The notes: a model not told the origin generated them from the letters alone. Positions 38,061 through 52,660 are shown, counted from the whole stretch's first letter. The stretch: 63,195 nucleotides of DNA, filler included, from Octopus bimaculoides (GCF_001194135.2; 7 parts of 7 records of this genome joined end to end with filler, not necessarily neighbours in it), one strand, 5' to 3'. Made by a program: numbers and translations.

Positions 38061-38546
38061 GGCACATACAGGAGTGGTGATGTGACACATCCCAGACTGA
38101 GGAAATCAGAAAGGCCATGGTGGTGCTCCAGCATGACCACGGCTGCATGACTGAAACGAGTAAAAGAGTAGAAGAATATATATATATATATATATATANN
38201 NNNNNNNNNNNNNNNNNNNNNNNNNNNNNNNNNNNNNNNNNNNNNNNNNNNNNNNNNNNNNNNNNNNNNNNNNNNNNNNNNNNNNNNNNNNNNNNNNNNN
38301 NNNNNNNNNNNNNNNNNNNNNNNNNNNNNNNNNNNNNNNNNNNNNNNNNNNNNNNNNNNNNNNNNNNNNNNNNNNNNNNNNNNNNNNNNNNNNNNNNNNN
38401 NNNNNNNNNNNNNNNNNNNNNNNNNNNNNNNNNNNNNNNNNNNNNNNNNNNNNNNNNNNNNNNNNNNNNNNNNNNNNNNNNNNNNNNNNNNNNNNNNNNN
38501 NNNNNNNNNNNNNNNNNNNNNNNNNNNNNNNNNNNNNNNNNNNNNN

Positions 38547-38604
<58 letters not shown>

Positions 38605-39924
38605 AATGTGTACATATAAAAACTAGCTAAGGGAAAGAACTTCGAGTTGTATGTAGTTGAACAGCATAGACAAATACAAGTATATCAAATACCGAACCAC
38701 ATAAATTCCAGCTTTATTAATTTTTATCTCCGCCTCTAAGAATATGTCAGAATTACGAAATGGTAGGTAAGGGCAGTTCTCTTTGTGAAAGGGGAGATGA
38801 TCTCAAGAATTCTCCGAAGCAGACATACCATTAAAGAAAAGGACAGGCTTAGTGTCTGGAAATAAATGGACAGCTGTGGACACCTATTTCTACCTCAATA
38901 AGCGCCATTAGCTCGACATTTGTGCAACGTTATCGTCAGGAACCAAACGACTTGGACATTTACAAAAATAAAAGAAAAAGATCACATTATTATGGGTCAG
39001 GTAATTTGCGTAATTTAAACAACAGCAAAAAAGAAAAAAATGAAGAGAAATAACTCGAAGTGACCAGTGCCATGTATTTGAACCCCACCACCCTACTTTC
39101 CAACGTATTCTATGTGTATTTTCCATGTCTTAAGTTGAAATCCTGCTCGGATGGATGTTATCTTTCAGTCATTCGGTGTTGTTAAAAGAAGTACCACCCA
39201 AGTATTTAGATCAATTTGCTTGACTACACCCTCCCCCAGCAAAACATTAACCTTTCTCCAAATGCTGTACCCAGCTGGAAACGGGTACTTAGCCATTTTC
39301 AGGGCCGCAGCACACATCACAGCAGTGCTAGGAACCAGAGAAACCAATCCCATCTAAGACGTACTAAAACGGACAGCAGGTGGACATCCGGGAGTCGTGA
39401 CTCGGATGTGGCCCGAACCCCTAGAGTCTCAGGAATTAATGACTGAAACACTTGCCTAAAGGGGGTTTCTCCTTTGAGGCTGTTACGCTCTCCCCGAGTT
39501 TCTTTCCACTGGAAAATCAATATTTTTCTATATAATTTCCTGCATATCGATTCGTTAATTAATCTCTTGTCCTCACGTTCTGAATTCAAATTCTGCCGAA
39601 GCCAACTTTGCCTTTCAATCTTTCGTGAGCGAGAAAATAAATACCAGTTGAGTACTGGGGTCGATTTAATCGACTTGACCTCTCCTCCGACATTGCTGGC
39701 TTTGTGCTAAGATTTAAAATCAATAATTAATCATAAATCTACAAGATCTGGAAAAAAGCTCAAGGTAAAGAGAGTTACCTCCCTTTCATCAGCAACTGTT
39801 ACACTTGACGCCGAGATTATGAAACGAAGTCGATGTAGCCTTCGATTTTGTTTTTCTTTCGCGTTTCTTTTGTGTTAGCGTTTGGAGAAAGGAAGAGTGT
39901 ATATGAGTGCATGAATGATACTGA

Positions 39925-40012
<88 letters not shown>

Positions 40013-40899
40013 TCTTTCAACAGTTACGTTGTTTTACATAGTTGCCCTTGAATATGTCACGTATGGAATTTACTTTCTCCACAACCAGAAGGGTGTAAAA
40101 CATAACTCATATATTTAAAGAAGGTAGCGCCTTGGAGGTGTCCATACATACGACCTGCAGAGTTATGTCGAACAGTGTTGGCAGCAGATAAAACATGTGA
40201 CTAGTAGCACGGCTTCCTTAGGACAGGTGATGATGGTGGTGACGGAGATGATGATGGGCATAAAGTTCACCGCAGTTCACCGCAGTTTATCGCGTAGACA
40301 CTTTCTTTCAGTGCGGTAGAGCGCTGAACAAAACGCTCTGTAGGGTTGAGTTATGTCCCTTCACCTTTTCTCTTTCAAATCCCGTCGAAGTGGATGAGCT
40401 AAAAATACGAATGAAGATCAAGAGTTGATGTAATCGACTGAAACCTCTCTGCCTCTGAAATTGCTGGCCTTGTACCAAACTTTGGGGAAAATCCTATTGC
40501 TGCTAATAAAGTGGTGGGCTGACAGAAATGTTTGATCGTCGGACAAAATGCTAAACTGCCCTTTTGCATTGAATTTCACATTCTATCGAGTGTGACTTTG
40601 TTTCTTCTTTTCTTTCGGGTTTGATAAAATAATGTATCCACTATATACTGGGGTACTGGGGTCTATGTAATCGATTCGCTCCTCTCCCTAAAAATGCTGA
40701 GTTTGTGCGGAAATTCGAAACTATTTTTATTGTTAGAACGATTTCGCCAACTCGCCTGGCGTTTTAACGGGAAAAAAATCTTGCTTAAGCCACAATTTGA
40801 AAGCATTATAAGAGATTGATTTGCAAGTGCTGGCAGATTTTCAAGTGTATTTTTCTATCTTATGTCGGTCCGTTTTGAATAATGAACACCATTATGTTA

Positions 40900-41160
40900 A
40901 AAGTTAACAAAGTTCTGTAACAATGTTAACATTGCTTGACAAAGGCTAGGACACGTTTGTAAGTTCCCAAGTGCTATCCCTATTAGAAGACACAACATAC
41001 TATGAAAAGGTCCACTACAGTTAGTAGAAAATAACGAGAAGCCTAAAAACTCTATTAGACCTATACAGAAAAGGAGTCACTGACAAGGAATGCGATTATA
41101 TGACTAACTAAGTAAATCCAGTCAATTCTCTGGTATTCCTAAGATACATAAAAGTGAAAA
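40900..41160 (+). mobile_element. Penelope-like element reverse transcriptase N-terminal fragment
   Basis: DKG motif, LLEDTTYYEKV, then ECDYMTN and SSQFSGIPKIHKS (the GLPKIHK motif of PLE RTs); frameshifted. Confidence 0.65.
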
Positions 41161-41252
41161 GATAAGTAACGCGTGCAGGGAGCCACAGACATAATAGTCA
41201 ATATCTGTCTGTCTGTCTGTCTATATATATTTACGTGCATATGTATGTATAA

Positions 41253-41284
<32 letters not shown>

Positions 41285-41495
41285 NNNNNNNNNNNNNNNN
41301 NNNNNNNNNNNNNNNNNNNNNNNNNNNNNNNNNNNNNNNNNNNNNNNNNNNNNNNNNNNNNNNNNNNNNNNNNNNNNNNNNNNNNNNNNNNNNNNNNNNN
41401 NNNNNNNNNNNNNNNNNNNNNNNNNNNNNNNNNNNNNNNNNNNNNNNNNNNNNNNNNNNNNNNNNNNNNNNNNNNNNNNNNNNNNNNNNNNNNNN

Positions 41496-41545
<50 letters not shown>

Positions 41546-42694
41546 TACACACATACACGTATATATAAGTATATGTGCATGGATGTTTATGTGCTTGGCT
41601 GTAAGGGTATTTGTTTGTATATTAGTATGTATGCACATACTCAATATATATATATATAATCACAGACAGGCGACCCCCCTCCCTTACATGCACACATGCA
41701 CACACGCACCCACACGTATACAGGCATCTAATACCAGCCGCAGCAATAGCCATCGGTTGAAAATCGAAAATAGAGTGGCAAATATGTAAACAAAAAGATA
41801 TATAGGGAAGCGGACATTAGACAAAAGTCAACAACTCAGCAACCCAACAACCAACGCAAGGAAGACGCATGCAGTAAAATATCAAACATCTTTATAATAT
41901 AGGTTTTCTGGTAAATATTTGACTAAAAAACAACAGTAATTCTAACGAAAATCCTTGCATGGGATTGGAATATCTAGAGACAACGAGCAGGAGAGATCAT
42001 TCTAGTACAATTGAATAAAGAATTTAGAAAAGTCCAGAAGTTGTACTATAAGAATAAGTTGAATTTTTGTAGTCAACTTGAGAAAAAGAATGGGCATGTT
42101 TAGGTCCTATTAAACCTCTTCAGCGAGGTGTACTTTACAATCTAAATATATGTATGTATGTGTGCGTGTGTGTATGTATATATATGTATGTGTGTGTGTG
42201 TGTGTCTGTGAAAAGGAGCGTGGCTTAGTGGTTAGGGCATTGCAATCACGATTCTATGATCGAGGCTTCGATTCCCAGCCTACCCAGTGTAATTGGGTAA
42301 CTCTACCTACCTACCTACCTACCTACCTACCTACCTACCTACCTACCTAACGTCCTACGTACCTACATATATGTAAATGTATATGCATATATATATGTAT
42401 ATATATATATATATATATGTATGCATATATATAACTATGTATACATACACATACATACGTATATATATATNNNNNNNNNNNNNNNNNNNNNNNNNNNNNN
42501 NNNNNNNNNNNNNNNNNNNNNNNNNNNNNNNNNNNNNNNNNNNNNNNNNNNNNNNNNNNNNNNNNNNNNNNNNNNNNNNNNNNNNNNNNNNNNNNNNNNN
42601 NNNNNNNNNNNNNNNNNNNNNNNNNNNNNNNNNNNNNNNNNNNNNNNNNNNNNNNNNNNNNNNNNNNNNNNNNNNNNNNNNNNNNNNNNNNNNN

Positions 42695-42729
<35 letters not shown>

Positions 42730-43431
42730 CACAGACACTATGTAAAATCTTTTTCGTGATTTATGAACTCGCCATATTACGTATTTGGCACACTTCCGGA
42801 TTGGTATTTCGTTGGCTGAATATTTCACTGAGGTACTTCGTGTTAGCCATAGTTTATAGCAAACAACACATGCAATAACGTCATTAAGAAAGAACCACAA
42901 TAAAAAGAAAAAAAAGCAATGGTCACCTACGTGACAAAACAAGATCAACACCTTTTATAGCATAACACGATAACAAACAAGAAGCAACAGTTCAACAAAA
43001 TGAAACGACAACATGTCTAAAGCTGTCAAGTTTCCAAAGCCTTTTAGGCGTCTTCTGCCATTTACATAGAGAAAGAAGCGAAATAAAATTAAAATTATCT
43101 CCCTTGATATATTTTTATGTTTGTCTTCTTTGATTAACACAGCCGCCATGTTGTCAGAACGCGAATAAAATGACGGAAGCGAGAGATTTTATTTGAACAA
43201 GAATCAATAACGATTCTGCGATGGTGACGTGTAAACTGTTAATTCGTCATTGCTGTTGGATTTTATTAAGAAGTTATTGATTATCCTTCGTGAACTATTA
43301 TGTCCGCAGATGTTTGTATGTTCTTCTGGTTTTATTTAAAAAAAAATTCTCACCATTAGGGAAAGAGCAAGTCTCCAACCCGGAAACATGGTTCCTCTAT
43401 TGCAATTTAGGTAACATATTCTTGATAACCG

Positions 43432-43486
<55 letters not shown>

Positions 43487-43609
43487 ATATATATATATAT
43501 ATCCGTGTGTGCGTGCGTGTTTGTATTCGTGTATGCATGGGTGTGTGTGTGTGTGTATATGCAGTTATGCAAGTATGCATGCACGTCGGTATGTCTATGT
43601 GTGTGTGTG

Positions 43610-43897
43610 TACGATCGGAAGGTCGAGAGTTCAATTCCCGGCGACGCGTTGTGTCCTTGAGCAAGACACTTCATTTCACGTTGCTCCAGTTCATTCAGCT
43701 GGTAAAAATGAGTAGTACCTGTATTTCAAAGGGCCAACTTTGTTACACTGTATCACACTGATTCTTCCTGAGAACTACGTTAGGGGTACACGTGTCTGTG
43801 GAGTGCTCAGCCACTTGTACGTTAATTTCACGAGCAAGCTGTTCCGTTGATCGGATCAGCTGGGACCCTCCTCGTCGTAACCGACGGAGTGCTCCTT
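43610..43897 (+). mobile_element. tRNA-derived SINE family with CORE-like domain
   Basis: B box GAGTTCAATTCC, then GTGTCCTTGAGCAAGACACTTCATTTCACGTTGCTCCAG; a decayed relative lies at 1940-2200. Confidence 0.7.
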
Positions 43898-45184
43898 TTA
43901 AAATATAAAAAAAAAATATATATGTAGTTCAAATTTACAGAAAACAAATGACGAAGACAGGTGAAGGAACAACAAGAAGGTGTATTAGTTTGAGGCACAG
44001 GAAGAATGTAAAATTCTTTGACGTTTCGAACCTATGNNNNNNNNNNNNNNNNNNNNNNNNNNNNNNNNNNNNNNNNNNNNNNNNNNNNNNNNNNNNNNNN
44101 NNNNNNNNNNNNNNNNNNNNNNNNNNNNNNNNNNNNNNNNNNNNNNNNNNNNNNNNNNNNNNNNNNNNNNNNNNNNNNNNNNNNNNNNNNNNNNNNNNNN
44201 NNNNNNNNNNNNNNNNNNNNNNNNNNNNNNNNNNNNNNNNNNNNNNNNNNNNNNNNNNNNNNNNNNNNNNNNNNNNNNNNNNNNNNNNNNNNNNNNNNNN
44301 NNNNNNNNNNNNNNNNNNNNNNNNNNNNNNNNNNNNNNNNNNNNNNNNNNNNNNNNNNNNNNNNNNNNNNNNNNNNNNNNNNNNNNNNNNNNNNNNNNNN
44401 NNNNNNNNNNNNNNNNNNNNNNNNNNNNNNNNNNNNNNNNNNNNNNNNNNNNNNNNNNNNNNNNNNNNNNNNNNNNNNNNNNNNNNNNNNNNNNNNNNNN
44501 NNNNNNNNNNNNNNNNNNNNNNNNNNNNNNNNNNNNNNNNNNNNNNNNNNNNNNNNNNNNNNNNNNNNNNNNNNNNNNNNNNNNNNNNNNNNNNNNNNNN
44601 NNNNNNNNNNNNNNNNNNNNNNNNNNNNNNNNNNNNNNNNNNNNNNNNNNNNNNNNNNNNNNNNNNNNNNNNNNNNNNNNNNNNNNNNNNNNNNNNNNNN
44701 NNNNNNNNNNNNNNNNNNNNNNNNNNNNNNNNNNNNNNNNNNNNNNNNNNNNNNNNNNNNNNNNNNNNNNNNNNNNNNNNNNNNNNNNNNNNNNNNNNNN
44801 NNNNNNNNNNNNNNNNNNNNNNNNNNNNNNNNNNNNNNNNNNNNNNNNNNNNNNNNNNNNNNNNNNNNNNNNNNNNNNNNNNNNNNNNNNNNNNNNNNNN
44901 NNNNNNNNNNNNNNNNNNNNNNNNNNNNNNNNNNNNNNNNNNNNNNNNNNNNNNNNNNNNNNNNNNNTAGATATATATATACACGCTACATTTAAGGTAA
45001 GTTGTTTAAAAAAAAACAAGATGTCGACAATCTTTGGTTGGTCTTGGTATGTTGATTCACTTGGAATTGTCAATTCCATGTAATTTCTAAAATGGTTCAA
45101 GCTGAGTTTCATGAAACTAAAATTTCAAATAAATGCATATAGAAGTTTAAATAAAATTTTATTTTAAAGTTTTTATGTGTACGC

Positions 45185-45264
<80 letters not shown>

Positions 45265-46404
45265 CTTTCTTTCTTCCTCTCAATTCTCTAACGTCAACAG
45301 TTTTTTGTTTCATTTAAATCAAAATTTATTTTCTTTACTTTTTAAAAGCAATTTTAGTTATAGGTTCCTGTAGAGTATTCACACGTATCCTATTTGATTG
45401 TTTTCGTCTTACTCGGCGTATTCATCTCTGCTTGCCGTCAACCAATTCACATAAGCATCATACACATTTCGCTCTCTTTATACACACACACACACGTTGA
45501 TTAATGCATAGTGCTAAATTACCACCATAACATTGCAGATAGAAATTAATGGAAGGTAAAAGTGAAAATCCTAGAGGACTCTGTTACTGGAATTGCATTA
45601 AAAGAATACAAATTTTAATCACACAAAAATGGATTGATATTGTCTTTTTTTATTCAAGATCATTCGTGAATGAGCAGAATTATTATCAAAGGTATTCTAA
45701 CCATGGCCATTCCGCTATAAAGGACCGTCGGTTAATTTTTTGTTTGGTTTAAAATTTTAGACAGCAATAAGTAAAAGGAAAGAGAGTTTTCTGCTATTTC
45801 TAGCAAGTCAAGCGAACGAGTAGAGGCTCCATTGTTGGTTCGTTGTTCACCTGGCCCGTGGGGTGGCATCATTCGTGGCCAGCGACGTAAGACCACATCT
45901 AATAGTCTGGTCGATACCGTGATATGCATATATGGACATATATTGAGCATAACATCTGATTAAAAGCGTTCCAATTGTGATCTTCCCGTCGTCAGTTCGT
46001 AGATGATGTATCAAGTACTACAAGTTTCTGTTTCTATAACAACGACAGGGTGCGTTTGAAAGAAATCAGACGACCATTTTTAATACTTGGTGCAATTGCA
46101 TGTAAGCTCCCTCGTCATTACGGTTGCGTCACCGAAACACTTTTATAATTACCGCCATATTTATTGCACGCAATCTTATTATCCACCAAGCTTTAAAAAT
46201 CTAATTCTGTTGGATGATGTAGTGTTGGCTTCCGGTTGTGTTTCTATTTTGTTTAGAACTCACGCCATCCCTGATCAAGCAACGATTACTCCCGCGACAA
46301 TCCTGTTCTGTTTTCTAGACATTGTGAATCCAGAATTACAGTTTCTCCACATCTTTCTCTTTTTCTCTCTCTCTTTCTCTCTCTCTTATATGTGTAGGTA
46401 TATA

Positions 46405-46442
<38 letters not shown>

Positions 46443-46798
46443 NNNNNNNNNNNNNNNNNNNNNNNNNNNNNNNNNNNNNNNNNNNNTTAATTAATTAANN
46501 NNNNNNNNNNNNNNNNNNNNNNNNNNNNNNNNNNNNNNNNNNCCACCATCATCATCACCACCACCACCACCACCATCACCACCACCACCACCATCACCAT
46601 CACCACTACCACCACCATCACCACCACCACCACCATCATCACCACCATCACTACCACCATCATCATCATCAGCATATACCACCTCCACCATGTCTGCTAT
46701 GCAGAATGCCACCCCTTCACATTTAACAACAACCCATATATCCCAAGAGAGAGTGAAAGATACAAACCTGAGAGAAAAGAAACAGACAGACAGACAGT

Positions 46799-46832
<34 letters not shown>

Positions 46833-47092
46833 TCGTAAAGAAATTGAAAAATTCTTTGAAGAAATAACAGGAAAAATTTTTTTCCATATTAGCATATTGT
46901 TACCATTTGTAGGATATTGATAAACTGTTGTACATAGCACAGCGGGAGCCGAGCTAAACCTAGCCACATTGGTCTTTGAGATAAGCTCCATTCGTCGACG
47001 AGTCTTCGATTATTCGGAGACAGAATTCTCAACAAGAACTTAATTTCTCTTTGAAAAATGTCGTGGTTTTCGTTTTTTGTCTTTTATTATTA

Positions 47093-47147
<55 letters not shown>

Positions 47148-47173
47148 CATTTTCATCATCATTATTGTTGTTG

Positions 47174-47260
<87 letters not shown>

Positions 47261-47403
47261 TTGTGATTTATTTTCTGAAGAAATTTTTCAGTTCCGTGTG
47301 AGTTTTGTGGAATAAAAAAAAAAAAAATTTGAAAATTTGTTTCTTTCCATTGTATAAAGAGTTTTTGGAAGAATATTCATGTGTTATTCATGTAGGAATT
47401 CAC

Positions 47404-47439
<36 letters not shown>

Positions 47440-48945
47440 TTTTTATTCATGTATGTACATGTGTGTATTTGTTTGTGTGTGTGTGTACAGGTGATGGATT
47501 TGTTATTTATTTTAAAAATATTTTCTTTTGTTTTCCGTTCCATTGTAAAGTATGCTGATGTGCTTGTGTGTATATATGTATATGTATACACACACACAAT
47601 ATGTATATATATATATATGAAATGTGTCACATAAAGATATTATATAAGTATAGCATAGATATATATCTTTTAAATATATGTTTAGGCACAGTTGTGTCTG
47701 TGTGGTAAGTAGCTTGCATCCTAACCACTTGGTTCTGGGTTCAGTCCCACTGCATGGCACCTTGGGCAAGTGTCTTCTACTATAGCTTCAGGCTCACCCA
47801 ATCCTTGGGAATGGATTTGGTTGACAGAAAGTGAAAGAAGCCTGTCGAGAGTGTAGTGGATGCTTTTACGTCCCACCAACACGAAGGCCAGTGAGGTGAT
47901 ACTGGCAACATCCATGCTCAAAATGGTGTCCTTTATGTGCCACCTGCACAGGAGCCAGTCCAGTGGCACTGGCAACGACTTTGCTCGAATGTCTTTTCAT
48001 GTGCCACTGGCGCAAGTGCCAGGAAAGCGACGCTGGTAACGATCACACTCCAATGGTGGTATTTACGTGCCGCTGGCAAAGAAGCCAGACAGCTGTTCTG
48101 GCAACGATAACGCACGGACGGTGCTCTTAGTGCTCCACTGGTACAGGTGCCATCATGATTTCGCTTTCACCTACTCCAAATTCTTCAAGGAATAAGAATG
48201 AGCCCGAGTCGCATCAAATAATAATCTCATGACTTCTGATCTTAACTGGTTGAAATTGTTGTCATGGACATGTTTTGTCTTGGTATAAAAGATGGACTAC
48301 AGCAAATATTCTGCTCAATACCACATATTTGCTTGTCAGTTGTTTGACCTTAACCAGTTGAGCATGTCTCTTAGTGGCTGATGATATATGCATCTCTGAT
48401 CCCAAGCAGAAGTAGTGGGGGAGCATCATAGCCATGTGTTGAGAGGAATTCTTTGGGGGTTTGGATGATTCACTTCTGGAATTTCGTCCTTCACCCTTAA
48501 ATAAATCTTATTCAGGGACATTTTGAGCAGGATGGGCTACTCAACCTGAAGAAAATTCTAACTGGGCCCCACCTGCAAGTCATGATGGTTATATTGGGAT
48601 GCGCATATTTGTACCCCAGTGCCACTTTGATGGCATGTGCTGCACTCTCACTCAATAATAATAATGACAATAATTATACTTTCTACTAAAGGTACAAGGC
48701 CTGCAATTTGGTGGGAAGGGACTAGTCGAATACATCGAACCTAGTGTATCACTGGTACTTGATTTATCAATCCCAAAAGGATGAAAGGCAAAGTTGACCT
48801 TGTTGGAATTTGAACTCAGAATGTTGCAGCAGGTGAAATACTGCTAACCATTTCATCCAGTATACTAACGATTCTGCCAGCTCACTACCTTTAATAATGA
48901 CGGTGATAAAAAATAATCTGAAATTATTGCAATCTTTATTTCCAG

Positions 48946-49196
48946 GTCCTGGTGCATACAACATAGACAGCTTTGGATCAGAAATTGTGAAAAAAGCATA
49001 TTTGGAGAGTACAAGGCATGGCATATTTGGTTCATCAGCGCCACGAACCATGACTGTCATCAACAAAGACATGGAACAGAACCCTGGACCATCACATTAC
49101 AATGTGAAAGAGAAACCGTTTGCTGCCATTAGCGCAAAACCATCCTCATTCTTTGCCTCCACTACAAAACGTGATGACAAGACGACGCCCAACGTG
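48946..49196 (+). CDS. STPG2: Internal exon of sperm-tail PG-rich repeat protein 2-like (SHIPPO/PGP repeats)
   Basis: tttatttccag acceptor and GTG/gtaggt donor. PGPGAYN...FGSSAPRT...NPGPSHY parallels the STPG2 segment PGPGFYN...FGSSVPRT...TPGPADY as I recall it. No other exons were found. Confidence 0.7.
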
Positions 49197-49412
49197 GTAG
49201 GTGATTGGTTCGTTCTTCCTCTCTTTGTCTCTTTTGTTCTCTCTCTCTCTTGGCAGATTTATTGATGTTGCTGATGTTGTTGTTGTGGATGTTTAATCTT
49301 GGGGTCGTTTCTGATCCTCTACAGACCTATGATGAAAAATATCTCACCTATATATATATGTATATATATATATACACATACATATATATGTGTGTATGTG
49401 AATGTGTATGCT

Positions 49413-49446
<34 letters not shown>

Positions 49447-49714
49447 ATTAAAACTCATTATTAAATCGCCAAAAATACACTGATGATTACTACAAAAATC
49501 AAACGAAGGCAAATTTGGTTAAGACAATCAACTTACATACATTTAAGTATATGGATTTACGAGGACTAGTTTCTGCATTGGCATAAAATGCCTAAGGCAT
49601 TTGTATATATATATATATATAATGTATTCTTAGCTACAATAGTGACAACATGAATTTCTTCCATCTTCTTGCTCTGTTAAAATATTTAAGAAAAATTATA
49701 TTAATGTTTTGTCT

Positions 49715-50270
49715 TTGGATTTGGTTTGCATGCCTGCAGTTCTCTGGATATGATCAGAAGATAGGGTTCGAGTATACGGGGGTGCTAGAAAGAAGTTAGA
49801 TAACATTATATGTAATGATACCAGTGCTATCTGCCCTAGATACAGAAACAAAGAATGGAATAGGATACAAAGAACTTGTGACAAAGCAAACAGGGTGAAC
49901 ACGTGGTATAAAACTGACAAATATCAAGGAGTGATGGTTGTAGAAGCTACAGCCCATGGAGAACTACCCCTTAGATTTATAAAAGCTCTGAAGGAGACCA
50001 AACTCAACACTAAGATTGTTGAAAAGCCAGGGAACTCTGTCAGATCACAACTATGTAAGATGCACCCCTTTGAGAATACCATATGCACCAATGATAACTG
50101 CATGGTATGTAGGATTAGCCCTGGCATTAACTGTAGAACTAGAAATGTAGTTTACAGTATAAGATGCATAGAAGGTGCTTGTAAAGACATGAACATAACG
50201 TACATAGGGGAGACATCTAGGAGCATTGCGGAACGACTAAATGAACATCTGAGACACTATGATGACAAAA
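49715..50270 (+). mobile_element. Penelope-like element: RT C-terminal region plus Cys-linker GIY-YIG endonuclease (Neptune-like)
   Basis: LQFSGYDQK and PRYRNKEWNR upstream; ORF 49895 has C..C..C linker, RNVVYSIRC and YIGETSRSIAERLNEH; truncated by a CA microsatellite. Confidence 0.85.
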
Positions 50271-51938
50271 AACACACGCACACACACACAGACATGCATA
50301 CACACGGAGACAGAGGGGCATACATATACAAATACACGCTCAGACAAATAAATTCATTTGCAGAGAATTTTTAAAATGAGATGGAGCAGAGAGAATGATC
50401 TGGAAAAATCCTAGATCATCAGAAGAAAATAACACTTTAATTCATTGTTTATAACCTCATTTGGTAAACTTATATGTGTACGTATGATGAAACTGGAGGG
50501 GAAAGATACAAAAATGCTAGAGAAAAGACTCAACGACAAATATTGTTGTTAGTTACTTTATATTCCAATATATTTTGCAAGCAATGCTATCTACCACTGC
50601 ATTCTGCATGCATCTTTATTATATCCTTCAAAATTATATAACCATTACATGTGTTTCATTAGTGTGTACTAGTATGTTACGTAGTAATTGTTACAGAGAT
50701 CATTGTGTAATCCACCATAAAAAGCTCAGATCTTCAGAAAAAAAATAATAATTCAATCCAGTTTATTTCCAAATCAGTTGGTAAACTTTTGTGTGTATGA
50801 ATGACGAAATTGGTGTGGAAAGATATGAAAATGGTAGAGAGAAGACTGAAAACTAATATTTCTGCTAGCTAATATTTTCCTATATTTTCCAATGAATATA
50901 ATAAACCACTGCATTCTGCATGCACAATTATTGCACTGTTTTTTTTATTTCATTCTTTCTTTGATCTCTCTTATTTACCAACCAATTCTGAGTTCATTTT
51001 ATACTTCAATATATACTATATATTTTATATTCATATTTCATTTTTTCTTTATATTTTGTATTTTAATATGAAGACCAGTTCATTTAACGATATGACTAAG
51101 AGCATATTGAAACTAAACTGAAATGTTTCTTTTCGTTTTTGTTTTTTTGGGGCATCATTTCATATAAATTTCAATTTATACATACATGTAGATATATGTG
51201 TAGGTTGTATTTATATGTATCTATGCACACTTATATATNNNNNNNNNNNNNNNNNNNNNNNNNNNNNNNNNNNNNNNNNNNNNNNNNNNNNNNNNNNNNN
51301 NNNNNNNNNNNNNNNNNNNNNNNNNNNNNNNNNNNNNNNNNNNNNNNNNNNNNNNNNNNNNNNNNNNNNNNNNNNNNNNNNNNNNNNNNNNNNNNNNNNN
51401 NNNNNNNNNNNNNNNNNNNNNNNNNNNNNNNNNNNNNNNNNNNNNNNNNNNNNNNNNNNNNNNNNNNNNNNNNNNNNNNNNNNNNNNNNNNNNNNNNNNN
51501 NNNNNNNNNNNNNNNNNNNNNNNNNNNNNNNNNNNNNNNNNNNNNNNNNNNNNNNNNNNNNNNNNNNNNNNNNNNNNNNNNNNNNNNNNNNNNNNNNNNN
51601 NNNNNNNNNNNNNNNNNNNNNNNNNNNNNNNNNNNNNNNNNNNNNNNNNNNNNNNNNNNNNNNNNNNNNNNNNNNNNNNNNNNNNNNNNNNNNNNNNNNN
51701 NNNNNNNNNNNNNNNNNNNNNNNNNNNNNNNNNNNNNNNNNNNNNNNNNNNNNNNNNNNNNNNNNNNNNNNNNNNNNNNNNNNNNNNNNNNNNNNNNNNN
51801 NNNNNNNNNNNNNNNNNNNNNNNNNNNNNNNNNNNNNNNNNNNNATATTTACATTAAAGTCAGTCGTTATAAATGCATCCATCATGATGAAAATTTAATT
51901 TTCTGGGCTTGACACCTGCTTAGGAGTCTTAAAAAATG

Positions 51939-52007
<69 letters not shown>

Positions 52008-52660
52008 CATACATGAATCTATGAATGCATGTGTATGTTTATTCACATGCATAACTGTATGTATCTGCATGCATGCATGTATGTATGTGTGTATATATAT
52101 ATATATGTAATATATACACACACACACACACACATGTATATGTATATATATTTATACACACACACACACACACATGCATATTCTTATATAAATAAATATC
52201 TTATAATCTGATGGAAAGCTCTGTGTGATGTAAATAATAATACATGCATACATACGTATGTAGGTATGTCCATAGGTATGTATATGTGAATTTATATATG
52301 TAAATATATGTGTGTTTATGTGTGCATCTAATAATGAGAAAGAAGAGTCTATTAAATAGTGTACAAAGAAGCTCTGGATTCAGTGAAATTCTCTTGGTTT
52401 ACAGAGAGGGTAAAACAATCGCCTGGTGGCAATTGAAACTTTTATCAAATGAGAAGGAGAGAGAATCTCAGTCATAGGTGTGGCTGTGTGGTAAGAAGCT
52501 TGCTTCCCAACCACGTGGTTCTGGGTTCAATCCCACTGCATTGAAACTTGGACATGTGTCTTCAATTATATCCTTGAGCAGATCAAAGCCTTATGAGTGG
52601 ATTTGGTTGACAGAAACTGAAAGAAGCCTATTACATATATACATATGCGCAGGAGTGGCT

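Noticed and set aside
42215-42290. tRNA-like sequence with A and B boxes (also other SINE heads)
   Set aside because: No complete cloverleaf or acceptor stem; these are SINE heads. No true tRNA, rRNA or CRISPR array was found in the window.
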